A DNA stretch of 64,000 bases from an uncultured virus (IMG/VR IMGVR_UViG_3300024520_000058) (taxonomy: Duplodnaviria > Heunggongvirae > Uroviricota > Caudoviricetes). This document shows, piece by piece, positions 56,541 through 64,000 of this stretch. Numbering within the stretch: the stretch's first letter is position 1; each line of letters opens with the position of its first letter. The translations under genes and the position numbers were made by a program. Location of the stretch: IMG/VR virus record IMGVR_UViG_3300024520_000058; one strand, 5' to 3'. The notes beneath the pieces were generated by a model. The model searched no databases and was not told where the DNA came from. It was given only the letters and a program-made list of their open reading frames with translations.

Positions 56541-57932
56541 TCAAGGCCTGGCCAGAGTCAAGGTTCTTTTGTCAGGCCGGGCTCGCTGTGACTGCTTGAA
56601 CTTTGCTTCCATCAGATTGAAAGTTACAGGTATCATCCCTGTGGGTCCATTGCGCTGCTTGCCAATGATGAGTTCGCAGGGCCCTCCCTGGCTGGGATTG
56701 CGGCTCTGGTAGTCCTCTCGGAAGATGAATAACACGATGTCCGCATCCTGCTCGATTGCTCCTGACTCACGTAAGTCAGAAAGCTGGGGCCGCTTATCAG
56801 GACGGTATTCAACGCTCCGATTGAGCTGCGATACAACGATGAACGGTATGTCCAGGGACATAGCCAGAATTTTCAGTTCCCTGGAGATCTGAGTGATGTC
56901 ATCAACACGCTTGCCAGTGGGTTTGGATGCGCTCATCAGCTGCAGGTAGTCTATGATCACCAGGTCAGGTTTCCCCTGCTTGCCAGTAATACGGAGAAGG
57001 TGCGACCGTACATCCCGGGGTGTGAGGTCTGGTGAGTCTTCTATATCAAATTTCGCTCCGCTTAGTCTACTTGCAGCAAGGGTCACGGCTGACCATTCCT
57101 TCTCCTGGATCTTTCCAACTCTGAAACGCAAGAACGGTATACCCGATTCTGAAGCAAGGATCCTGGTTACAAGCAGTTCTTTCTTCATCTCCAGAGAAAA
57201 CATTACTGCGTGTTTCTTGCCTTCTACCGTGACATACTGTCCAAAATTCTGGACAAGAGTGCTCTTCCCTACACCTGGCCTGGCTGCCACAATTACCAAA
57301 TCACCACCAGCAAGTCCTGTGGTCTGCAGGTCCAAGTACTTTATGCCCAAAGCCAGACCTACTATAGGATTGTCCTCCTCATTCATTTTTTGCAGTTTGT
57401 TGATTACCTGCTTTACACTCTCCTTCGTGGTAACCTGGTCCGGGAGGGTTGAGTTATTCAGTTCCAGAAGCTGATTCAAAGCCTCTGCCAATATCTTCTC
57501 TGAGGGTTGCTCGTTGTCGTAGGCACTCTCATTGATGTGAAAACTTGCGTAAATCAGCTGCCGCTTAATCGCTTCCTCAATAATCATCTCAGCATAGTAC
57601 TTCACATTGGCTGATGAAGGACTGGCGTCTATCAGCTCGTTGACGTATGGAACGCCGCCCACTTTCTCAAGATGTCCGTTACGCTCCAATCTCTTGGTTA
57701 CCATCAGCAGATCTACCGGCTCATCGTCATCGAATAGCTCCTTGATAATATTCCAGATTTTGTTATGCCGCTCTCGATAGAATACCTCGTCACCTCTGAT
57801 AAGCAACATACACTCAGCGATTGAACCTCTCTGATCGTCATCAAGGACCATCAGACCCCCAAGTAGAGCTCGCTCAGCATCGATGTCTTGCGGCGCTACT
57901 CTATCCAGTTGTATGCGAGTTCCGTTATTCAT
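56541..57932 (-). CDS. dnaB: replicative DNA helicase
   Basis: PQDIDAERALLG, AARPGVGKS, FSLEM, IDYLQLM, SQLNR, DLRESGAIEQDAD and KQRNGPTG motifs. Confidence 0.97.
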   Translation of the reverse strand: MNNGTRIQLDRVAPQDIDAERALLGGLMVLDDDQRGSIAECMLLIRGDEVFYRERHNKIWNIIKELFDDDEPVDLLMVTKRLERNGHLEKVGGVPYVNELIDASPSSANVKYYAEMIIEEAIKRQLIYASFHINESAYDNEQPSEKILAEALNQLLELNNSTLPDQVTTKESVKQVINKLQKMNEEDNPIVGLALGIKYLDLQTTGLAGGDLVIVAARPGVGKSTLVQNFGQYVTVEGKKHAVMFSLEMKKELLVTRILASESGIPFLRFRVGKIQEKEWSAVTLAASRLSGAKFDIEDSPDLTPRDVRSHLLRITGKQGKPDLVIIDYLQLMSASKPTGKRVDDITQISRELKILAMSLDIPFIVVSQLNRSVEYRPDKRPQLSDLRESGAIEQDADIVLFIFREDYQSRNPSQGGPCELIIGKQRNGPTGMIPVTFNLMEAKFKQSQRARPDKRTLTLARP

Positions 57933-58746
57933 CCGTCTCCCCTAGTGCTGTCATGAAACTGTAATTGCCATATTCCACCTCTGTTCCAGTCACCTGGAGG
58001 TAGATCCAGGGCAAAGCTTGAAAGTCTGGAAGCTTCTTAATCTTGCGCGCTTTATCCAACCAACGAACGATCTCTCTATACTCAATTCCCATAGCCTGAA
58101 ATTCCACCATTACCTGACGTAAATCTGGCAGGAACAGATAGGGCTCATAACCTGCAAATTCATGGTTCAAATCCTGACCCCATTTGTCAGCCTCATTGAT
58201 GGGCTCAAAAGGTCGTGAATATTCCTGTTCCCCATCACCATAAACACCGTTTTGTTGTTCCGCGTTGTGTTTAAAGTTTTCTGTATAAGGATGAGATCTG
58301 TCCTCTCGTACGGTACTCGATGTCCTCTCGTACGGTACTTTATGTCCTCTCGTACGGTACTGATCTGTCCTCTCGTACGGTACTGATGTCCTCTCGTACG
58401 GTACTTTATGTCCTCTCGTACGGTACTTTCCCAGCCAGTTTAGCACAAATTCGTAGTCCAATTCGTAGCTTGGTGACGATCCTTTTCCACGCGTATTTTG
58501 AGTGATAAAAGAGTGTTCAGAAAGGGTCTTGAGATGGCGGGTTATATTCCTCGTATTCAGCCCTGTTCTGGATGCCAAATGGAGGTTCGGAATAACAAGA
58601 GCATCGTCTGTCCAATACTCGCCATTATTCTCGCCATTGAATATCTCCAATATGTAGAAACCCAGACACTTATGTACTGAATTCAGATCATCCAGGGAGA
58701 ACAGACATTTTGTACAATTCATGAAATTGATGGGATTGGTTGACAA
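57925..58746 (-). CDS. replication initiator (lambda O-like layout)
   Basis: N-terminal wHTH (LASRTGLNTRNITRHLKTL..FI), internal iterons, directly upstream of dnaB. TTG start with AAGGAGG SD. Confidence 0.8.
   Translation of the reverse strand: MSTNPINFMNCTKCLFSLDDLNSVHKCLGFYILEIFNGENNGEYWTDDALVIPNLHLASRTGLNTRNITRHLKTLSEHSFITQNTRGKGSSPSYELDYEFVLNWLGKYRTRGHKVPYERTSVPYERTDQYRTRGHKVPYERTSSTVREDRSHPYTENFKHNAEQQNGVYGDGEQEYSRPFEPINEADKWGQDLNHEFAGYEPYLFLPDLRQVMVEFQAMGIEYREIVRWLDKARKIKKLPDFQALPWIYLQVTGTEVEYGNYSFMTALGETDE
58299..58427. repeat. six identical 19-bp iterons (replication origin)
   Basis: TGTCCTCTCGTACGGTACT at 58299, 58321, 58343, 58366, 58387 and 58409 (periods 22, 22, 23, 21, 22). Adjacent AT-rich tract at about 58269-58290. 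Confidence 0.9.
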
Positions 58747-58752
58747 GGATAG

Positions 58753-58846
58753 CCTCCTTCAGTGCGGACTCGGCAATGGTGGACGACTGAAGGGGCGTCC
58801 ACCACCGAGTCACAGGCTGCTGAACAGGGAGCTTATCCCCTGTTAG
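58753..58846 (-). promoter_or_regulatory. structured 5' leader of the initiator gene
   Basis: Two hairpins. The loop CCTTCAGT of the second is complementary to ACTGAAGG, which overlaps the SD. Confidence 0.6.
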
Positions 58847-58874
58847 CATGGGCAAGTGTGAATTTTCTATCTGC

Positions 58875-58903
58875 ATTATAGCAGGTGATACCTGTTAAGT
58901 CAA
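58875..58903 (-). promoter_or_regulatory. sigma70-type promoter for replication genes with an operator-like palindrome
   Basis: TTGACT-17 nt-TATAAT with extended TG. CAGGT-ATC-ACCTG palindrome in the spacer. Confidence 0.8.
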
Positions 58904-58910
58904 GGTCAGT

Positions 58911-58941
58911 AGAAAATGGGGCCGGTCTATTCCCCAGCCCC
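58911..58941 (-). terminator. intrinsic terminator
   Basis: GGGGCTGG-GGAATAGA-CCGGCCCC-ATTTTCT. Confidence 0.6.
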
Positions 58942-59012
58942 ATCGCTTCCGCGTTCTTCTGGGAGGTAACTTGGAAGGAAACGCAGAAGCTATCGGCACA
59001 CGTCTGCACCGA

Positions 59013-59411
59013 CTACTTAATACTCAATATGAACAATGGTCGTAACCCGTCGCGCTCTGCATCCAGGAGATCTCTCATCTCTTCCTTAGTGCAGGTGAAC
59101 TGCCCCTTCTTTTTCTTCCCTGTGTACATTCCATCTTCAAGTGACGACAGGTTAAGTGGATGTTTGTCAGGCGTCTGTTCCACCGGAGCAGCTTCCCCCA
59201 CTTCCTCCAAAGCTTTCTCAATAGCTTCAGATGCTTCCTTGGCTGCCTGCTGCTCCTTATCGTCTTCCTCAGCAACTGCTTCCTTCGCATTCAGGGCCAG
59301 TTCTTCTTGGCTGGATTCCCCTGGTTGCTTGTCCTGGGGTTTACGGATGTATTTCATCATACCTTCTGCGTCAATATAGCAGTAAAACTCGAGACTCACT
59401 TCAGCTTTCAT
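59013..59411 (-). CDS. hypothetical acidic protein
   Basis: GGAGG SD before ATG 59411. Confidence 0.65.
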   Translation of the reverse strand: MKAEVSLEFYCYIDAEGMMKYIRKPQDKQPGESSQEELALNAKEAVAEEDDKEQQAAKEASEAIEKALEEVGEAAPVEQTPDKHPLNLSSLEDGMYTGKKKKGQFTCTKEEMRDLLDAERDGLRPLFILSIK

Positions 59412-59895
59412 CGTTTTCTTCCTCCATCTCTTCATCGTTCACAATAGGTAGCTGGCGCATGGGGGAGATGGCTACAATACCACGCTCATCGATGCCCACG
59501 TGCCGCACTTCTCCCCAAATTCTATGGTAGACACTTTCGTCACCGGTGATAAGACGCACAGCGGCTAAGACCTTAGAACGATGCGGATCCAGAACCGGAT
59601 GATTATGTGACTCTGGGGTCAGCTTCTTCAAGAGGATGCCCAACTCAGCACGCGATTGTTCTTTCGCCTCTATCTCTTTGCTGATGACCTGCATCGTATC
59701 TCTTATCCGAGAGACCTGCTCATCATCGTGGACACCCAGGAATCTCCGCAGAGCGTCTTTCGTCTCTAATGTTTCTTCCACGTCTTCCTTTGGGAAGAAA
59801 ACACGATAGCTCCCGTCTTCCAACTCATCGATTAGAAGAAGGTCGTCCACAAAATCGTAGCCTTTCTTCCTTACTTCATCCCACAGTTTGCTCAT
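59401..59895 (-). CDS. hypothetical protein
   Basis: ATGA coupling in the - operon. Confidence 0.7.
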   Translation of the reverse strand: MSKLWDEVRKKGYDFVDDLLLIDELEDGSYRVFFPKEDVEETLETKDALRRFLGVHDDEQVSRIRDTMQVISKEIEAKEQSRAELGILLKKLTPESHNHPVLDPHRSKVLAAVRLITGDESVYHRIWGEVRHVGIDERGIVAISPMRQLPIVNDEEMEEENDES

Positions 59896-60437
59896 GTTTC
59901 TTCCTTTCTTCCCTCTAGCATACCCTTGGCTTCCATCAGTCTCAGAAGGTCCTCTATCTTGATGCAGATGTAGTCGATGTGTCCCTGCTCAGAATACTGA
60001 TTCATCAAAAGCCCTGGGACCTTCTTGTCACCAGCTAGTCTAGTTACTCGAGAGAAAGCTTTCTGGAAGGACATGGAGTCATTCTTCTTCCAGAAGATCA
60101 TCCGGTAGTCTGGTACCCAGAAAGCAAACTTAGAAAAGAACCACCTTTTCTCCACCACGGCATAGGACTGTCCTTCTCCGACTGCCCTGAACACCAGGAT
60201 GGCTGGTTTATTTAGCTTCAGGGAATACTCTACCAGGTCAGCCATCCATGCCCAAGGGCTCAGCTTAGTCCTCACCTTGGCATCGATGATCCATTCAGGC
60301 TCTGTACCATCAGCAGGAGCAGCATCTGCCTTCTCGTCTGTGCCCTTCATCAATGCGCGCTGGTAGCCAAAGAGCTCAGCTATTTTCTGTTCATATTTTT
60401 TCCACGTCCTTGAATGCATCTCACTTCCTTTCATCAT
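59892..60437 (-). CDS. PD-(D/E)XK nuclease, Holliday junction resolvase-like
   Basis: WKKYEQKIAELF..AD..IIDAK..KPAILVFR motif. Confidence 0.7.
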   Translation of the reverse strand: MMKGSEMHSRTWKKYEQKIAELFGYQRALMKGTDEKADAAPADGTEPEWIIDAKVRTKLSPWAWMADLVEYSLKLNKPAILVFRAVGEGQSYAVVEKRWFFSKFAFWVPDYRMIFWKKNDSMSFQKAFSRVTRLAGDKKVPGLLMNQYSEQGHIDYICIKIEDLLRLMEAKGMLEGRKEET

Positions 60438-60676
60438 CTACTGTCAGGAACTATCTCGGAAATGCCCACTGCGCCATCCTCTAATATTATGTAAGGCCTG
60501 GCCTCGAGTGCCTCGACTCGCTTCTCCAGTTCCTTACACGTCTCAGAGCAACGAGGTGCGCCGGGGTTTGTCAGGATGCCATCCATACGACCTGCGATGT
60601 ATAGAGCACCCATTAACGCAAGGAGTAACAGCAATATCGAACCAATCAGTATGGCAGAATGGTCTGGTATCTTCAA
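60434..60676 (-). CDS. small membrane protein
   Basis: N-terminal TM helix plus LEKRVEALE coiled coil. TTG start with AAGGAGG SD. Confidence 0.7.
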   Translation of the reverse strand: MKIPDHSAILIGSILLLLLALMGALYIAGRMDGILTNPGAPRCSETCKELEKRVEALEARPYIILEDGAVGISEIVPDSR

Positions 60677-60686
60677 CGCAACCTCC

Positions 60687-61553
60687 TTACAGAAACGTCG
60701 GTTGCCTTTCAGTCCTGGTCCTGGTCTTCTTCTTCCGATCCATGATCCAGCCAGACTGTATCCACTCAGTCACATAACCCCGGTAGTACTGTTTGTCTGT
60801 AATCAGATTCGTACAGTTTCGCTTGACGCAGACCTTAGCTCCCGACTCTTCAAGTGCTGTGGCCAGCTCAGTGATCTGAACAGGTGAAGGCTGTTGCTCA
60901 GGTGTCAAAACTCCACACGTATCAGCGCCGATGCTTACCATGTCCCAGGGTACCTGCAACAGGAGCTCCATAAACTTGTCCAGGTCCTTCCACTTCATCA
61001 CCGGCTCGACGCTCAGCAGGAACTTGCAGCCCAATGGCTTGTCGGCACTGGCGTAGACACGTTGCATCTCTACTGCCCTTGCATACGGTGATGGGGCCCT
61101 GCTCATGTCGCCATAGAGTTCCACGTCATCAGTTTCTATAGTAGTTGCCAACCAGGTGCTATCTGGCAGCTCCCCCAGGAATCTCTTGAACCTCTCAGGA
61201 CCTTTACTCTGGAACAGAAACGTGGGCTTCTCCAGAAAAGCTGGTGTCATCATGGTGGACAATCTGCAGTTGGTGAGCACCTGGGCAATATCATCATCAG
61301 CTACATTGGGATGCCACATATCCACAGCTGTCCCTATGAAATAAAACTTCCCTGATTTGTACTGAACATCCAGCTCATCTGGATACAACGTAAGAGGACC
61401 GCTGTAGTAAGGACTTTTTGAGCGATTACCAAACTTCATATAGCAATATCTACACCCATATCCATGGAGTATTTCGGAGCAGCCTCCCTTGATTGGGTTG
61501 TGGCAGTGGCTGACAAAGCTATACATATTCCCTCTAGCATTAGTGATTGGCAT
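60687..61553 (-). CDS. DUF5131 (Gp37/Gp68)-like radical SAM protein
   Basis: GNMY..HNPIKGGC..GCRYCYM, FLFQSK.P, TTIETD, SVEPV and SIGAD motifs. Confidence 0.85.
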   Translation of the reverse strand: MPITNARGNMYSFVSHCHNPIKGGCSEILHGYGCRYCYMKFGNRSKSPYYSGPLTLYPDELDVQYKSGKFYFIGTAVDMWHPNVADDDIAQVLTNCRLSTMMTPAFLEKPTFLFQSKGPERFKRFLGELPDSTWLATTIETDDVELYGDMSRAPSPYARAVEMQRVYASADKPLGCKFLLSVEPVMKWKDLDKFMELLLQVPWDMVSIGADTCGVLTPEQQPSPVQITELATALEESGAKVCVKRNCTNLITDKQYYRGYVTEWIQSGWIMDRKKKTRTRTERQPTFL

Positions 61554-61557
61554 GGCA

Positions 61558-61872
61558 TCATCCTTTCATGTTCCCAAAGAAGAAGTAGCTTTTCCCTGTG
61601 GTTCTGGGACGTCGCCTGATGGGATCAGGCCGGAAGTTGGGCTTAGCTCCCACCTCTTCCATGGTTATACCAGTGGCAGTCACCAGCTCCCCAACAGTAA
61701 AGGGCTCGCCAGCAGCGTTAGTTCGAACACCAATGTACCGTTGCAGAGCAGCCACCTCGTCAGCAGATACAGGGCCTACGGGAGCACCCGTATGCTGATC
61801 GATAATATCATGCATGGCTTCCTCTATCTTCGCGTGCCTGGCAACCTTGCTGGAATCGTGTTGTTTACCCAT
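61558..61872 (-). CDS. hypothetical protein
   Basis: GGAGA SD; overlaps the upstream stop. Confidence 0.65.
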   Translation of the reverse strand: MGKQHDSSKVARHAKIEEAMHDIIDQHTGAPVGPVSADEVAALQRYIGVRTNAAGEPFTVGELVTATGITMEEVGAKPNFRPDPIRRRPRTTGKSYFFFGNMKG

Positions 61873-62914
61873 TGTCTCTCCGATCTCGCGCCGCTATTTG
61901 CCGAAGTTGAGTACGCCAGTTAGGTCCAAGCGCTTGAGCTGCAGCTTGCATGTTTATATTGTTGCTAGGCGAAGCCATACCCGGTGACATCATCCCGCCC
62001 TGCAGCAGGCTTTGAGCCGTTGGGCCACCCATCCCACCTTGACTGCCAGCTCCCATATCCATGGAGTAAGGATCTCGCATGTAGGCAGGGCCCTGGGGCT
62101 GGACTATCTGTTGCTGAGGGATCTGAGGTTGCACAGGTACCGGAACAGGGGCAGGTCCTACCCCTGGGGGGCCCGTATACCCTGGTGGGTAGCTTGCCGC
62201 GAACTGTTGCTGTAGCACTGGCAGCTCTGGCGGTGGAAGAGGGTTGAAGCCTTCGTTTGGCCCCGGCATGGGCGCTCCCGGAACGGGCCCGGGTGGCAGT
62301 GGCGGTGGAATGTTTTCCTCTCTATACTGATTCATCCACTGCATGAACAGTTCGTACATCTGCCTACTATGCTGTGGATCAGGAGTATTCACAGGACTCA
62401 CAGGAAGTACCCCTACAGCTTCTGCACGTGGATGAAAGTTAGGAATGTAACCAGCCGGAGGTTCCCCTGCAGGTACACGCGACTGTCCATACAGGGGTAC
62501 CGGGGGCTGCTGCTGAGATCCTGCTACCTGATTCACGAAGGAAGGGACTGACGACTTTGATTGTAGATCCTTTGGCATTAGTCGTCTATCTTTTTTACGA
62601 GGTAAGATCGTGGTGGGATCAGGTACCAGGTCCTCTGCAGTTGGAGCACCTGACTTAACAGGAACTTCAGGTTGCTCCACATCCGGAGAAGTGGCAATGG
62701 TCTTCTCCGGAACTTCCGGCTCAAATACTAAGCCGTTCTTAGTGTAATGTGGTAAGCCATAGGTTAAAATTGCTTCTACTATCTGCGACCGCCCATGCCT
62801 GGTCTCCGATACTACATTACCCAGCAACTCCAGGAGCGGAAGTGTCAATGAGAACCCGCTCTTTTTCTTGGGTATCCTGGGGGTCGCTGGTTTTTTCAAA
62901 GTTTGTTTGGCCAT
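61865..62914 (-). CDS. protein with RHH-like N-terminus and long Pro/Gln-rich tail
   Basis: SGFSLTLPLLELL..GRSQIVEAIL resembles a ribbon-helix-helix. The rest is low complexity. AGGAGG SD. Confidence 0.7.
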   Translation of the reverse strand: MAKQTLKKPATPRIPKKKSGFSLTLPLLELLGNVVSETRHGRSQIVEAILTYGLPHYTKNGLVFEPEVPEKTIATSPDVEQPEVPVKSGAPTAEDLVPDPTTILPRKKDRRLMPKDLQSKSSVPSFVNQVAGSQQQPPVPLYGQSRVPAGEPPAGYIPNFHPRAEAVGVLPVSPVNTPDPQHSRQMYELFMQWMNQYREENIPPPLPPGPVPGAPMPGPNEGFNPLPPPELPVLQQQFAASYPPGYTGPPGVGPAPVPVPVQPQIPQQQIVQPQGPAYMRDPYSMDMGAGSQGGMGGPTAQSLLQGGMMSPGMASPSNNINMQAAAQALGPNWRTQLRQIAARDRRDNG

Positions 62915-62923
62915 GTTTGCCTC

Positions 62924-63286
62924 CTATGCGATTGCGGTCTGCAACACTTCCCTCATACGATTTTCCCAGAAGACCTCTCCCTCTGCAAGTTCAGCTGCCG
63001 TCAGGGTTTCCTCCTCAACCGACCTGCCATCGAAGACAATCCTCTGCCAGACGTCTTTGAATGCCATAGCCCGCGCCTGGCAATGTTGGAATCCATTAGT
63101 GTCCCGCGCCTTTGCTTTCAGATTGGCATCTTCCCTGGCAGCTACCATCTGACCGTATGCCCACAGGCCAAACCTGTCGGCCACGGCATTTATGAGGTCA
63201 TCTACGCTTTGTTCCAGCAGGTCTCCACTGGCTAATTCCTCCATAATATCTCGAACACTTTCCTCAAATATCCCCATCTTCCTCAA
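62924..63286 (-). CDS. hypothetical helical protein
   Basis: ORF in the - operon. Start is TTG 63286 or ATG 63277. Confidence 0.65.
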   Translation of the reverse strand: MRKMGIFEESVRDIMEELASGDLLEQSVDDLINAVADRFGLWAYGQMVAAREDANLKAKARDTNGFQHCQARAMAFKDVWQRIVFDGRSVEEETLTAAELAEGEVFWENRMREVLQTAIA

Positions 63287-63382
63287 TTCCTTTCCTCAAT
63301 CCCTCAATCCCTTGAGGAGGCTCCTGCCGGGCACCACACCATCACATTCCAACCGGATAATGTTCCGACAGAAGCCAATGCG

Positions 63383-63901
63383 CTACTTGGTAAACTTTCC
63401 CCGGCGTATCTGCCGGAGACTCTCTATGGTATACTCAATTCCGAAATGCTCCTTTACCCAGAGCCGGATGGCCTTTTCTTCAGTATTGTCGTCTGGCCCT
63501 GCTACCCAGAGGCTGAGATGGATGTTATATGCAGGGTCCTCACAGCCTCTCTTCAATGTAAGCCAGTAGATGGGATACTCGTCCAGTCCCTTTATCCTGG
63601 CCTCCCTATCCTGACTGCACCAATGTGCGAACCTGGTGCCATCGTCCTTCACCCGCAGAGCCAGGTAGACATTAGTGATAGCCTTGAGATACTGTTCGAA
63701 TCTTTTCTTCTCTTCATCATCAGCTATTTTCTTGTAGTCTAACGCTCCTTCTGCGTTCTCAAGTGTGCGAGGGTCTGCACCCCTATGACACTCTGGATCG
63801 GCAATAGCAACGAGATTGCGTAACATATTGACAAAGGGAATATGTAGGGTCTCATTCTTCTGTACTTTCTCCAGGATGCTCTTTTCCACTATCTTCTCCA
63901 C
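63383..63901 (-). CDS. hypothetical protein
   Basis: GTG start with AAAGGAG SD. Confidence 0.7.
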   Translation of the reverse strand: MEKIVEKSILEKVQKNETLHIPFVNMLRNLVAIADPECHRGADPRTLENAEGALDYKKIADDEEKKRFEQYLKAITNVYLALRVKDDGTRFAHWCSQDREARIKGLDEYPIYWLTLKRGCEDPAYNIHLSLWVAGPDDNTEEKAIRLWVKEHFGIEYTIESLRQIRRGKFTK

Positions 63902-64000
63902 TGTCAGCTCCTTTCACAGCAATCAGTTTTATTGGTACCCAATGCGGTTTGGTATAGGTCCTCCCTGTTTGCTTGGCAACAGGAAGCGGAACTCCACAAG

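Noticed and set aside
58299..58427. CRISPR array
   Set aside because: Repeats are 19 bp with only 2-4 bp between them, inside an ORF. These are iterons, not repeat-spacer units.
18494..63742. Many + strand ORFs opposite the late and replication genes
   Set aside because: Antisense shadows of well-supported - strand genes, with no SD or motifs.
1..64000. Stop-codon reassignment
   Set aside because: Long genes (TerL, portal, DnaB, the 2286-aa protein) are intact under the standard code, and TAG, TGA and TAA all end genes at tight junctions.
1..64000. Integrase/att site, tRNA genes, endolysin, tape measure protein
   Set aside because: No recognisable motifs. GGTTCGA hits at about 45293 and 52923 lie inside CDSs. 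Such genes could lie outside the window.

Overview
This window is most of one tailed dsDNA phage genome. Genes run off both ends on the - strand, consistent with a slightly larger, circularly permuted genome. It has two arms. The + arm (about 3170-16555) opens with a ~860-nt highly structured non-coding region. It continues with many small early ORFs, a gp88-like protein, a beta-clamp, a DUF932 protein, a PD-(D/E)XK exonuclease and a putative annealing protein. The - arm (2788->1, then 64000->16611) carries a TerS-like HTH protein, an XRE regulator and a DUF5131-like radical SAM enzyme. It also carries a resolvase-like nuclease, a replication initiator with six iterons, DnaB, TerL, portal, scaffold and major capsid protein. 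After the capsid genes come an eight-gene glycan-synthesis and tailoring cluster, adaptor and nozzle genes, a 1870-aa tailspike-like protein, and ejection proteins including a lytic transglycosylase and a 2286-aa intein-containing protein. No tape measure or sheath gene was seen, so the virion is probably podovirus-like. I found no integrase, DNA polymerase, tRNA or CRISPR array. The most striking unexplained signals are RNA-level: a large ornate ncRNA candidate behind a sigma54-type promoter, a second RNA resembling the RNase P specificity domain, an antisense sRNA, and an SD-sequestering leader on the initiator. There is also an exact 31-bp inverted repeat shared by two unrelated genes. All family assignments come from motif recognition by eye, not database searches.
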